NCBI GenBank assembly: GCA_013239625.1
Contig: MU053557.1
Coordinates: forward strand, 3,688,123-3,752,122
From: Lama guanicoe
Taxonomy: Eukaryota
Reading direction: 5' to 3'
DNA: 64,000 nt
Shown here: in pieces, positions 24,144-37,814 of the stretch
How the letters are laid out: every line of letters begins with the position of its first letter
How positions within the stretch are numbered: the stretch's first letter is position 1
Translations under genes and position numbers: made by a program
The notes under the pieces: model-generated
Database searches by the model: none
Seen by the model: the letters and a program-made list of their open reading frames with translations, nothing else
What the model was told of the DNA's origin: nothing

Positions 24144-24359
24144 CACAAGTTGATGTCAGCAGTGAGTAGGGAACAACCGCAGGATTTTTAATCAATCCCC
24201 TGAACAGGAAAACTTTGAATAGAGAATGAAGTGGCGTAGTTATATGAGAAGGACAAGCAGTGACTTGAGGGACAGAAAACGGATTCTAACAGCCTCTTTA
24301 GTCACCAGACATTTCAGTGTCTTGACTGAGGCACCAAATCTATTTGGAATGGATAAAAT

Positions 24360-24780
24360 AATTTAATGGTTGAGAGTACATGTTTTTCAGCCAAATCCTG
24401 TTCTGTCACTTACTCTCAAATTTCTCAAATTCTCTCCGAGGAAATTTCTTCATATGCGAAAGCAATATCATATAGAAGTTAAGAAAAGTTAAGAAAAGAA
24501 AACATGGAGTCAGATGAATTGGGTTTGAGTCCTGATGTTGCCGTTAACAATATCTGTAAAATATCAGTAAGTTAATTTCTCTGCTCCTTGGCTTCCTGAT
24601 CTGTAAACTGGATTGTTAGTTGTTATGAAGGTAGATTAACATAAGAACACATTTAACAGTGCCTGGCACAGAATAGTCAGTCAACAAATATTAGCTCTTT
24701 TTCACAAAGTGGATATAATAATATCTATCTCTTCAGATGGTTGCGGATAATTAAATAAGGTAGGTTAGATGACTGACACA
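24360..24780. mobile_element. Nested or adjacent MIR SINEs
   Basis: TGGAGTCAGATGAATTGGGTTTGAGTCC...ATCTGTAAACTGG...AACAGTGCCTGGCACAG. Confidence 0.7.
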
Positions 24781-25344
24781 GATTTTAATGATACTTCAAG
24801 TCCTACTGCTATACATAAACACTCTAATTTATAAAAAGAGGGTGGGTAAAGTGATAAGATTTGAAGAAAAATAAAAATCATCAGCACCAAATTAATCGAT
24901 TTCCTATTTTTAAAGGGAATGTAAGAAAAAAATGAGTGGAAGAAGTTATATTTATGGTTTGAGATCTATGCAAGGGAATGCTCTTACTTGTGCTCTGAAA
25001 TAGGGAAAACCTTGTGAAAGTTCTCATCAGACAATAAATAATAATAATGGTAGTGATCATAATAACAGTAACGATAATCATGAAATACATTTTCATGGAG
25101 TCAAGTCTGAGAAACAACGCAGAGTTCCTTCTCGGGCAAGGTCCTTGCTCTATGGAACATACATGCTAGTGTGGAAGACAAACAGTAAAGAAGTAAACAG
25201 ATTAATAACAAACAGGAGGATTCCAGATAGTGATTGTTCCACAAATAAAATAAACGGTGTCATGAGAATGACTGGGATGGGGCATGCAGTAGATGGAGGA
25301 ACTGCTTCAGACTTGGTTGTAAAGAAAGGTCTGTCTGAAAAAAA

Positions 25345-26450
25345 CACCTGTTTTCTTATCATTATTTTAAGAGTTCTTTGTATGATTTGGTTAGCAGTCC
25401 TTTAACATGTATTTTGCAAATATTTCACCCCGTTTGTGGCTTGTCTTCCCTCTGTCTTGACATTGGTTTGCAGAGCAGAAGTTTCTAATTTTGGTTATCT
25501 ACAGCTTATCAGTTATTTCTTTCATGGATCATGTCTTTGGTGTTGTATCTAAAAGTTATCACTGTATCCAGAGTCATCTAGGTTTTCTTGTATTTTTATC
25601 TTCTAGAAGTTTTTCAGTTTTGCATTTTACATTTGGAGATCATCTTTATATTGAGTTAATCTTTGTGAAGGGTATAAAGCCTATGTCTGCAATTTTTTTT
25701 TTTGCTTGTGGATCTTCATTTGTTCCAGTATAATTTATTGAAAATTGTTTCATTTGCTCCTTTGTCAAAAATCAGCTGACTATATTTATATGAGTCTCTT
25801 TCTGTCTCTGTTCTGTTCCGTTGATCTGTTTGTCTTCTTTTGCCAATACCACATTGTTGTGATTACTGTAGCTTTTTTTTTTAATTGAAGTATAATTGGT
25901 TTACTGTTGCTTTATAGTACATCTTGAAGTCAGGTAGCGTCACTCCTCCAACTTTGTTTTACTTCTTCACCATCATATTGACTATTCTGGGTCTTTGTCT
26001 CTTTATATAAACTTTAGAATCGGTTTGTCAATATCCACAAGATAACTTGCTGCGATTTTGATGGGGATTGCATTGAATCTGTAGATCAAGTTTGAGTCCT
26101 ATCCATCCATAACTCTGGAATATCTCTTATTTAGTCTTTTTAAAAAATTTAATTCATCATAATTTTATAGTTTTCCTCATATAGATCTTGTACATATTTT
26201 GTTATATTTATACCTAAGTATTTAATTTTTGTGGGTGCTGATGTAAATGGTATTATGTTTTTAATTTTAAATTCTATGTGATCATTGCTGGAATATAGAA
26301 AAGTGTTTCACTTTTGTATATTAACCTTGTATTTGGCAACCTTGCCATAGCTATTTATTAGTTCCAGAAGTCTTTTTATGGTTCTTTTGGATTTTCTACC
26401 TAGACAGTCATGTCATCTGTGAACAAAGACAGTTTTGTTTTCCTTCCCAA
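25345..26450 (-). mobile_element. L1MB-type ORF2 fragment
   Basis: TTCTTTCATGGATCATGTCTTTGGTGTTGTATCTAAAA, CCTTTGTCAAAAATCAGCTGAC, GGGATTGCATTGAATCTGTAGATCAAGTTTG. Confidence 0.9.
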
Positions 26451-28404
26451 CACCTTAACTTTTTATGAAACTAATAGTTACAGTTTATTAAGTACCTACT
26501 AAATCCTAGAAATTTTCAGATATTCTCTAATTAATCCTTATGATAATTCTATGAAATAGTTCAATCTCAGCCAAGGCTCAGAAGTTTTAAGTAATTTTCT
26601 GATGCTTTCATGACTGGTAGTGGTGGATTTGGACCCCATAACCTAATCTGTCTAATGTTCTCCACTCACCATGTTTCCCTGCTTGTAAAACATTATAGAA
26701 ATATACATCAGACAAAACTGCAAGATTTGAGATTATCGGAGGCATCAAATGTAATAATTAAGGTGAAAGTGTTTTATAATGTCTGAGACCAATATTAATG
26801 ACAGAAAATGTCTTGTGTGGACCAGGGAAACTTCATAATTGTAAATAGATTCAAGGAATTGAAATTTTTAAATCTTAGGAGAACAAAAACAGAAAAGTAT
26901 CCCTTATCAGCAGGTACCCACTGTCTTTTGATACTTTAAGTATTGTGGTTATAAAAATGTGTAACTCTGTTCTGTTAGATACACAGTTATGAAAACAAAA
27001 GGCAACCAATAATTTAATCATTAAAATAATGTGTTAGATGGGTGATCAGGTCAATATGTACATGCTAGAGTAGGTCAGAGGGAGGAGTGGTCCCTGAAGC
27101 CAGGTGGACAGAGAAGGCTCTTAGTAGCAGCTGGAACTCTCCTCCTCTTCAATTTTAAGCTAGTGGGCAGATTCCCTGATTGATGCTCTTCTCCCATAAT
27201 AACATGGCATCATGAAGTTGAGAAGAAAATGAAGGATCAACTAATCCCACTTTCCCACTTCACCAATGTGGAAACTGGGGCTCAGAGAGGGCAATTTTCT
27301 TAGAATGTAGTGTTTCTGATCATGAAATCGGTACTCAATTCTAAATGTATCTGAATTTCAGATCTTTGTACTTTATCACTTCTTTCCTTTGTGTAGGCAG
27401 TTGTTTCCTTGGGAGACCTCAGAAAGAATCGGCTTTCTCATGTTTATGTCAATATTTATATCCAGGAAATTGGATTTAGGAGTTGAGTTGTCTGTTTCAA
27501 ATAATTTTTAGAAGAAGGTGGGGTGGAAATAAATTGGCAAGTGAGCATAAAGACATGAGTAGTTCTGGATAAAATGACATTCTTTAAATCTAAGGAAATC
27601 CTATACGATGAATCATACTTCATGCATTTCACATTATAATTTGACCTTAGAGAGTTTGGTGGCTGTTAAAGACAGTGTGATTTAATTCTTAAAAAGAATT
27701 GGTGGGTGGGATCTGGAATGGAAGAGGAAGAGAACAGACATTTATTGAACACCTTTTATTTGCCAATTATTGGGCTAGATTCATTTAACTTTAATCCTCA
27801 CAGTATCCTGCGAGATCAATGTGCAGAAGTTCATATACCTGGTACATGGAGGAGGTAGGCTCTAAAGCATGTGTCTTTTCCCTTTGCAGCAGTTGGCTTT
27901 ATACGGTCTCCAGATTGGGTAGAATCTTAGGCTTTCTCATCTGCAAAATGAGAACATTTGGTCCTTTCTCATTTACCTTCCTCACAGGAACAAGTAAAAC
28001 AGTCTTATTAACCAATAGGCCAAAGTACAAAAGTATTTTTTTTTAAATATTACACTATTATTTTCTGTTAGAAGGATGGGATCACAGCCTGTTGGCATTT
28101 TAAATCTAGAAGGCAGCACAACAGCATGGCCTCTGTGGTCACACATTTCTAGGTTTGAAGCCAGTCTCTGCTACTGTCTAGTTTTGTGATTTGGGTTAAG
28201 ATTCTGAGCCTTGGTTTCTAATTTTAAAATGGAGAGAAAATACTTCCTCTGAAAAGGAAATACTGGGAACATTAAATCAGATGAGAGGTGAAAAACATTA
28301 TATTAGTTAGTTCTCTAGGCTCAGAGGAGGAGAGGTTTTACCTAAGCTACCCCTAGAAACGGGAATGTATTGTGAGGATAACATGTGGCAATAAGAAAGA
28401 AGGA

Positions 28405-28790
28405 TCCTGGATGGAAAATGTGGTGTATACAGTCAATGGAATGCCATTCAGCCGTAGAACAGAAGGAAGTCCTGTCATATGCTACATACAACAGAGACGG
28501 ACCCTGAGGGCATTACACTAAGTGAAACAAGACAGACACAGAAGGACAAATACCATGACTCCACTTATATGAGGTATCTGAAGTAGTGGGACTCATAGAA
28601 ACAAAGTTGACTGATGGGTGCTAGCGGGAGGGGAAATGAGTTGTTCAATCAGTTTATAGTTTTAGTCATGCAAGATCTGCTATACAACATTGGGCTTATA
28701 GCTAACAGTACTGTACTGTACACTTGAGAGTTTTTTTAAGAGGGTAAATCTCAAGTTTTGTAGTTTCTACCACAATTTAAATAAAAAGTA
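28405..28790 (+). mobile_element. L1MA-type 3' end
   Basis: AAAATGTGGTGTATAC...CAATGGAATGCCATTCAGCC...CTAAGTGAAACAAGACAGACACAGAAGGACAAATAC...TACCACAATTTAAATAAAAA. Confidence 0.85.
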
Positions 28791-30379
28791 AGAAGAAAGC
28801 AGGAACCCTAGGGGAACCCTCCAAAGGCTTTGGTTTGACGACCAAAAGCAGTTCAAATAAATGATCCAGTAGGAAGACTGAGGATGTACCTAAGGGATCT
28901 GCAAAGCTAAGGTACCAGGGTTTGATTTTTTTTAAGGTTTTGATATTACATTACCATCAATGCATAGTCATAAAGGGAAAACTCAAGCGTGCTGGACCGC
29001 TGTAGGCGTGTTTTGATGTTTAAGTAATTTTACAGTTTAGAATTCCATATTTTGTAGAGAGCTGTGTCAATAAAATCACAATACTTACAACCCCTACCTT
29101 CATCTCGGAGAATAGATTTTCTTACCATCCCTTTCACTAGTCCTCTGACTCCACTATTCTCTTAGCCTCAGCTACTTTTTTGTGTCTTGTTTCTTTTTTT
29201 ATTTGTCAATATTTTGATTCTCCCCATATTATACCACTCAAATTCCATCAGGTGAATTTAGCTAAAATAGGGGATTATTTAATATCCATCGCCCCTATTA
29301 TGAAGAAGTCTTTGTGCAAAGTTTTCTCAGCCTATGTATTGACTCCCCTTGGACTATATGTCCACTTTTGGCCAGTTAGTGGCCATGCCTTCCCATGCTC
29401 AAAGAATAGCCTAGAGCTTCTTTTTCCTCAAAAAAATCAGATGGGGCAATTTCTCATAAAAATATCAGACATCATGGAAGACAAAATTACTATTATTGTT
29501 ATTATTTGAAATTAGAAGACATTTGGTCCATTCTCTATATGATATAAATAAATAATCCTGTAAACTGACTATAACTCAATAAAAAAATGTTAAAAAAAAT
29601 AATCTTTGTTCTAAGAGGCCAGGGTAGCTTGTTCAAGGTCAGATGGCTTGTAATTAGGAGCCAAGCTTGTCGTCTGTGTCTCTGGATTTCCATTTCCAAT
29701 GTTTCTCCTATACCAGATACTTCCAGCATGGTAATCAGCATTGTTTAGGAACATTAACATGTGGCAACACCTTTTCTCAGCAGCACTGATCTGTTACTGC
29801 ATTTGTCATAGCAACTGTTACCACAATTGAATGTCTGGTAGATGGAGAGAGGGGTAGATAAAGATAGATACAGATATACAGACATACAGGTGTATTGAAA
29901 AACCACAAGCTTGCAGTATTCTTTTTAAACAACTTTGATAAATTTCATTTTCCTTTTTTCAAAATATTTATAAAGCTTGGCTCATTTCCAGTAAAACTGC
30001 TTATTCAATTCCATTTTAAAATGTTATTTGTATTAACTCTGGTCATGTTTTTAATAATACCTCCTTATTGAGTATATGTAGGTGAGAGCTGTTTCCACTT
30101 CTAATATACTCTAATTTATGAAGGTATATCAGATTACTCTTCAATTTGGCATGTGAAAGATTTGTCCATACTCAGCAAATACTTAAAGCAGAATAGGTAA
30201 CCAGGGTGTTTATTTTAATAGAACGTTAACCCAGTATACAGACTTCCTATTAAATATTTGATAGTTAAAAATATCAGGTAGGAAAAGCCATGAGAGATAC
30301 AGCATAATGAGACCCAAGATCCAGGTATTGTGCCCTTTCCACTTCGCTCCCAATATCCTTTTCTAATTTTATCTATTAT

Positions 30380-30770
30380 TATTTTCATTTGCCTTTTGTT
30401 ACAGTCGAATTAACCTCTGCAATATCACTTTTCCTCCAAATATACTTCTCCTTAGCCTCACCCATATATCTGTGCATTCAGACCATCCATCTCTCAAGGC
30501 TTTTGTCAAATTTCATGCCTCCGATAAACCTTTCTTAGTATTTCAGCCGATAGTAACTTTTTTCACTCTAAACTCTCATGCCACTTTATCTTTTGTCAGT
30601 TACCACTTTTTATTTCTGTGTAGAGCTATACTGGGCCCAAGCTGTAACTACTCTATTATATTACATGATCCTCGAGGCAAGACTTGTATCTGATTCATCT
30701 TCAGTAACTTCCACAGACTTAGAAATTGATGCTCAGTAATGACTCAGTGCATCAAGTAATGAATAGTTTT
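30380..30770. mobile_element. L2 3' fragment
   Basis: CATCTCTCAAGGC...AAATTTCATGCCTCC...CCTCGAGGCAAGACTTGTATCTGATTCATCTT...GATGCTCAGTAA. Confidence 0.55.
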
Positions 30771-31939
30771 TGTATGTGTGCTGCCGAAACAAGCACAATG
30801 AATTTACAGTTTTGATAGAGATAATGGAAAATGAGAAGTGGCCTTTAACAATGAAGAGAAGGGGCAGCAAATCTGAATAATGTGTTCAGTCAGGAAAGAT
30901 ACAGTTCTACGTAACGTGAGGAATATTCAGCTGATACAAGATTCAGCATACCTCAGAGCAACTGAGATACAGGGGAAATAGGGAGAAAAGTCCACACTTG
31001 GCATCGTTGTGATTTTCAAACTCTTCATACCCTTTTCTTCTTTCACTTTGATCAGTAAGTAAGTGTATACTTCTTTGCACATTCCTCTGTCCTAGATGCT
31101 AGATATTCCTGGACAGTGTAAACAGTTATGGTGTCTGCACATGTAATGAAGAAGGCTGGGTGAGGCATACTGGTCCTCCCATCTCTGCTTGAAAACAAAA
31201 CACTTTTATTTATCATGTAAGTTATCATTATATTCCAGATCTTATTTGAAGACATTTTATTTTTTAAACATTGACTTAGATATAGCAGAGGAGAAACACT
31301 GCAATCTCCAAACACTGCAATCTCCAAAGAAAGAACAGAAGACACTTAGGAATGTTTAAAGAAGCAAGAAGAATGCAAGTTAGGAAAGCAGTCTTTAGAA
31401 TGCAAATTTAAGGTGGACCATGAGTATAACTGTGAAGAGTCAGAAATACAAATAAACCTTTAGAATGTGACTAGCTGTGGATCCCTAGGGAGCTTGGTGA
31501 AGTTTCACCAAAGGTGAGAAGCCACTCAAAGAAGAGCCTTGGAAAGAAAGGGTCTCAAAGTTAGACCTCAGACGAGTTCAGCTTTGGAGATGGTAATAAC
31601 AAAATAATGATTGGAAAACACGGAGGAAACAGAAGGCCAAAGTAAAATGTCTCGTATTCTACATCTTTTTTTGAAAGTGGTCCTATTGCTGGCCAAAACG
31701 GGTTTTTGATGGATTCAAGATCTTTTCCTGTATTCTGCACTCAGGAGAGGATTTGATTTTTAAAATCAGAAATAAGAAGCTGGTCAACCTAGTAAATCAT
31801 TCAAAAATAAGAATCAGTTGGCTTTTCTATCAGTACATTATACCCTCTGTGGGGCACTGCAGAGTCCCTTGCTCCAGAATCAACTTACAGTCGTCAAGAT
31901 AATTAATGAAGCTTTGAAGCGAGTTTTGGCTAAAATGCC

Positions 31940-32155
31940 TAGAGTAGAATCTCTGCACATCTCTACTGGCATTTTAGATGGGATAATTCTTTGCTGGGGT
32001 GGGGAGTGTTGTCCTGTGTAGTGTAGGATGTTTAACAGCATCCTTGGCCACCATCCACCAGATGCTGAAGAAGATCCCTAATTGTAACAACAAAAAGTGT
32101 ATCCAGGCATTGCCAACTGTCCCCCTGGAGGGCAAAATTGCCTCTACTTAAAATA
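31940..32155. mobile_element. MER20 hAT MITE
   Basis: ATTTTAGATGGGATAATTCTTTGCTGGGG...TGTAGGATGTTTAACAGCATCCTTGGCC...CCAGGCATTGCCAACTGTCCCCCTGGAGGGCAAAATTGCC. Confidence 0.9.
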
Positions 32156-33694
32156 AATTAAAGCTAAGAAAAATGTAAATTAGAGGTCAAACCCCGCTAC
32201 GTAAAACGCTGTATATGAGTCTGAGTGTGCTCCCCAGAATACAGGGTGCTTGAAAAAAGAGTCAATCCTGAAACCAGGCGTGAATGAGTGAGTGAAAAAG
32301 TTGTAGTTTGGAAAAAGCCCATGAGGCTAGGAGTGAGAAGAAGTGAAGTGAGTTCCAGCTCTGCCAGTCTCCAGCTATTTGTCCTTGAATCCATGGCCTC
32401 CCCCTTGTCAGGCCTTATTGATAAATTAAAGATATTTGAATATACTAGAATATACCAAGGCCCATTCCTGTTCAAATATTATGATCATTTTGTGACTATT
32501 CATAAGTGTACACCTGGTTCTTTGGGGACTGAACCCTCTCAAAGACTGGACACTCAGGAGGGCTGAGTGTGTTGTCTTGTGAGGGCTTAACCCGACAGGT
32601 TTTCACTATTTCTCTTTTCCCTTTTGTAACAGGACTCACCCCATAAATACTTTCACTGCTTACTCTCATAAAAAATGGAAGGAAAAACTGTGTTCTGACA
32701 AAGGCATTTATTTTGCCCTAAGAGGACACTCATTTTTCCCACCTCTTGAGAGGACGCCTGGGGCTAGGCAGTTGGGGTTATGCGAGCACCTTTGGCTGAG
32801 CTCAGAAAACGTAAGCAAAGTGGGCAAAGAATCGAGTGAACTTGCATGGGCACTGCAGAGCCCACTTCTCTCCACTTGCCTCTCTCCCCAGAAAACGAAC
32901 GTCAGAGGATGTTCTGCATTTCCGCCCAAAGTAGGCTGCCATTTTGCCATTGCATCACAACTCTTAAGATGAGAGATTATTCTGACTCCCAGCAGTTGTT
33001 TTCAGAGCACCCCAGTTAATTAGGTGACAAGACAACAGGGTGGAGTGATACTTTATTATTCTGCATGTCTCCACACCCACAGTGGATTTGTCTGGGTGCT
33101 GTTGCCAGCCATCCTCAGAGCAGTGGCATCTTAAAATGCAACCACGCCCAGATGACAATGAATTGTATTTTTTTTAAGGACTAGCTTTAATGTTTAAATT
33201 GCATATAGTCATTAATCTAGGGGCCAAAAAAAAAGGTGTCAGCGCTTCCCTCCCTTCTTCCCCACAGTCCTTTTGAGGTGAGATGTGAAGATGGGAGCTG
33301 AGGCAGCACGAGGCACGCAACACCAGTCTACACCAGGAACAGCGGCTAGCTTTTGCTTAGCACCTTGTAGCTTGTGGGGTTCTTCCACTTACATTGTTTA
33401 ATTCTATCTTCATGGCAAAACTTCTGTGCCTCATTATGTAGTTGGCACTATTCCTTGTATTTTATAAATGAGAAAATGGGCTCAGAGATGTAAATAAAAT
33501 GTCTAACATCACAGAGCTAAATTGCAGAACCTACTTTTTGGACTCCAAATCTCACGCTTTCTTCACTCTTTGACACAGCTGTTCTCTAAGTGACCTAACT
33601 GTAGAATTTCTGGTCACAAGGGTCATCAGTTAACTCACTATATATTGAATGCTGTTATTTTCCAGGGACTGCTGCCTTTGAAGGCAATATATTT

Positions 33695-34042
33695 TTATTT
33701 AAAATATATATTTAATAGACCTTATTTTTTAGAACAGTTTCAGATTCAGAGAAAAACTGAGCAGGAAGTACAGAGATTTTCCATAATCCTCGCCTGCACA
33801 CATGCATGGCTGCCCCCATTAGCAGCACCCCCCACCAGAGGGGTACATTTGTACAGCTGATGAACCTACACTGACCCATCATTATCCCCCAGAGTCCACA
33901 GTTTACTTGAGGGCTCCCTCTTGATGTTGCACATGCTGTATGTGCAATACCAAGAGTATATGTATGATGTATGATGTATAATGACATGTGTCTACCATTT
34001 TAGTGCTGTACGGAGTAGTTTCCCTGTCTTAAAAATCCTCTG
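33695..34042 (-). mobile_element. L1MC/MD-type 3'UTR with probable TSD
   Basis: TTTTTAGAACAGTTTCAGATTCAGAGAAAAACTGAGCAG...GATGAACCTACACTGAC; flanks TGAAGGCAATAT (33679) and TGAAGACAATAT (34043). Confidence 0.85.
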
Positions 34043-34479
34043 TGAAGACAATATTTTTATTACATTGGTTGATATATTCATTAGTACAGTTTAATTAGTC
34101 TACTGTCTTTTCATTCCCTTTACTCATTTCCCAGTGTGCCTCACCTCATTAGCTAATTTAGGAATTTAATCTGTTCTCACAGTCTCACTTCAGCTAAAAG
34201 TGAGGACTGGAATTAAAACACAGACTTTCTAATTCCACATCAAATACTATTTTAACTTCACTCATGACTTTTTTTTTTTTTTGCTTGATCATAAAGAATT
34301 TCAAGACTTTCCTAAAGTATTCAAAATACCAATGAGTAATAATTCTGGCTTAAAATGAGTTGTAAACAGATACTATGATTTATAAATATCTGAATGCTTT
34401 GTTTTTGTCTAATGAAACAATGAAACATATCTCTCATGTAATTTTTATAACTCTTGGCTACCTCTCAGTTATTAGGTAC

Positions 34480-37400
34480 AAAACGTTTAGAATGGTAAAA
34501 ATGTCCTCTTGGTGAATTGATCTCTTTGTCACCATGAAATGGTTCTCTTTATCCTTGGTAATATTCTTTGCTCTGAAATCTACATTGTCTGATATTAATA
34601 TAGCCAATCACACTGTCTTTTGACTAATGTTAGCATTGTGTATCTTTTCCCATCCTTTTTCTTTTAGCCCATTTATATACTTACATTTAAAGGGTGTTTC
34701 TTGAAAGCAGCATAATAATTGGGTTTTCCTTTTTTATCTAATTTGACAATCTCTCTCTTTTAATTTAATTTACATATAACACACATATATTTATATAGAA
34801 TATGTTTACACTTAATATATGTATTTTTACATGAAATATGTAGGTTTAAATATACTATAGATTATTGACATGGGCAGATTTGAGTCTACCATATTTTTGT
34901 TTTCTATTTGTCCTGTCTGTTTTTTTTTTGTTCCCTTTTTTTTTCTGCTCTTGTATGAATCAACTATTTTATGACTTCATTGCATCTCCTTTGTTAGTTT
35001 ACTATATATAAACCTTGGTTATCATTTTTGTTATTATTTAAATGGTTATTTTTAAAAGAGAATTGACTAGTAAGAAAAATTCTGATTTATTTACTCATGT
35101 AGTTACCCTTTCTAGTGATTTACTTTATGTAGATCCATATTTTCATGTGGTATGTTTCATTCTCTTGCCTGAAAAATCTTCCTTTAACATTTCTTCTACC
35201 AAAGATATGGAGTAAAGGATGAATTCTTTTAACTTTTATATGTGAAAAAGTCTTTATTTCACCTTCATGTTTAAAAGATGTTTTTATTGGGTGTAGAACT
35301 CTAAATTGACAGCTTTCTTTCAAAACTTTAAAGATGTTACTTCACTGTGCTTTTACTTGTGTTATTTCCAGAGAGAAATCTGCCGTTCTCCTAACTTTTA
35401 TTTTCTGTATAAAGGAGCTTTTCTACCCGCAACTGCTCTGAGGATTTTCTCTTTCTCACTGTTTTTGAGCAATTTGATAATGATGTGCCTTGGTATAAGT
35501 TCTTCACATTTCTTGTTCTTACAGTTCATTGAGGTTCTTGAACTGTTGGTTTATAGTGTCAAAAATTTGGGGCTATTACTACTTCAAATATTTTTTCTGC
35601 TTCCCCAGGCCTACCTTTGGGGACTCCAGTTGTACTTCTACTAGTCTTCTTATATTAGTTGTCCGACAGCTCACTGGTACTCTCATCTTTAAAGTTTTCT
35701 GTCTGTGTTTTATTTTGGATAATGTATATTACATGTCTTCAATTCATTAATCTTTTTCTCTGTGACATCTGACTTACCATTAATCATATTTAGTGTATTT
35801 TTCATCTCATACTCAAAAGTTCAGTTTATTTTTTGCTTTCATATTTTCCATTCTATTTTACATTTTCAAACGTATGGAAAACAGTTAAAACTGCTTTAAT
35901 GTCCTTGTCTGATAATTCTAACATCTGTAACCAGTTTTGAATTAGTTTTAATTGATTGATTTTTCTCCTCACCATTTTCTTACCCTTCATATTTTCTTGC
36001 TTCTTTAGCATACTTAGCAGTTTTTTTATTGACTACCAGACATTGTTAGTTTTGTATTACTGAGTAGTGAATAATTTAGTATTTCTATAAATAATTTTTA
36101 ATTTTGACCTGGTACACAGTTATGTTACGAAAACTGTGTGAATTGTTTTGGCTCTTGCTATTAACATTTGTTAGGTAGGACCAGAGAAGTATTTAGTCTA
36201 GAGCTAATTGTCCCCTACCACTGAGACACAGCCTTTTTGAGTACTCAACCTAATCAGTAACTTATGATTTTGAGATTTTTCCACTGGGGGTGATAGAAAC
36301 AGGCACCAGTCCTGACCCTGTATGGACACAGGTGCCATGCTCTCTAATCATTTCATGTGGATCGTTCTTTGAGCTTGAATAGTCACCTTATATGCCTTTG
36401 GTGATCAGTACTCTGCTGAGTCCTTAAGGCACATTCATATTTCTGCGGTTCCCAGTCTGTTTGGCCCTCTCATCTCCAGTACTCTGTCCTGTAAATTCCA
36501 GCTGCCTTGGTCTCCCTGGAATCTCAGCTGTCTCCTCAACACAGAGTCTGCATGCCTGTGCCTGAGTTTCTCCTTCATGCTCTGTGGCTGGAAATTTTCT
36601 CAAGACAGTGAGCTGGAGCAATTAAAGGCCCAGCTTGTTTTCTGCCTCATATGGATCACTTGTCTTCATTTCAACAGACTGATGTCTAGTATCTTGAAAA
36701 CCATTGCTTCATATATTTTGTCTGTTGTTACTTATTTGTTACAGGCAGGAGTGTAACTCCAGTTCCTGTTACTTCATTTTGGCTGGAATCATGAGTCCAG
36801 TGAATTTGTTTTAATTGATTTTTCTTCTTAATATGGACTCCATTTCCTGTTTCTTGATTTGTCTGGTAATTTTGGATGGAATGCTAGTCACTAAATGTTA
36901 ACTTCATTGGTGAATATTTTTTATACCTGTAAATGTCCTTGAGGTTTGTTCTGGGACACAGTAAAGTTACTTGAAAATACCTTGATCCTTTCAAGACTTG
37001 CTTCTGAACTCTGTTAGGTGAAACCAAAACAGCCTTTTGCAGTTAATTTTGTCCCATTGCTAGGGAAATACCCTTCTCAGATCTCTAATTGAATGACAGC
37101 TTTTTCCCTTTGATTGGTGGGAACACAAGCCATCTCACCTCCTGTTTGATCTCTTGATATTGTTCCCTCTGTTCCTTAGGGTGATTTTTTTCCCCAGCCT
37201 TGAGTAGTTTCCTTACATGCATTTACTTATCATCATGCAGTCGAAGACCTCTACGTGGACAACTTGCTGCAGATATCTGGGGGCCTCTCTTTGAAGTGCT
37301 CTCCTCTTGGTACCATGCCATGTGAAATTTAGCTCCCTTGGTCTCCCCAGCTCCCACTTTTGTATCCTCATCTCAGGGAGGCTGCTGTGCTGAACCTTGT

Positions 37401-37630
37401 TTTCTCTCTATATACAATAGCCTGGAACCTCTCTATAGACAGGAAGCTATGGCAATGTAGAGCTAACATGGGTTTTGTTCTCACTCCCAGAGATCACAAC
37501 CTGCATTATCTAATGTCCAGCGTCAGAAAACTATTGTTACGTGCAGTTTTTTTTAATTGAAAAAATTATTATTTCATGTGGGAGGAAATATCCTTTCCTT
37601 TTGCATCTTGACCAGAAGTAGAAATCTTAT
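34480..37630 (-). mobile_element. Old L1M 5' region (ORF2 start, ORF1 remnant, 5'UTR with two diverged ~800-bp units)
   Basis: Peptide KESCQFRVLHPIKTSFKHEGEIKTF (35120-35323) resembles the L1 ORF1p C-terminus; repeated units at ~35990-36790 and ~36830-37625. Confidence 0.8.
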
Positions 37631-37814
37631 CATTAAAAAACAAGCAAAAACCTAGTGTATCCCTTAGCATACATGTTAATTTCTTGTTTCTCTTTTCAGA
37701 AAATAAAGCTAGTATTTTAGTTTGCCTTCTGACAGTCTTCTCATCATTTGGTTCCTAATAAAATTATGAAAGCTATACCTTCAAGCATCTTTCACAGTGT
37801 TAGGAAAGCCTAAG

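Noticed and set aside
23879..24169. Cys-rich 96-aa ORF as a possible extra Kazal/SPINK gene
   Set aside because: The first half is MIR-derived, it starts at GTG, and the cysteine spacing and CG(T/S)DG motif of Kazal domains are absent.
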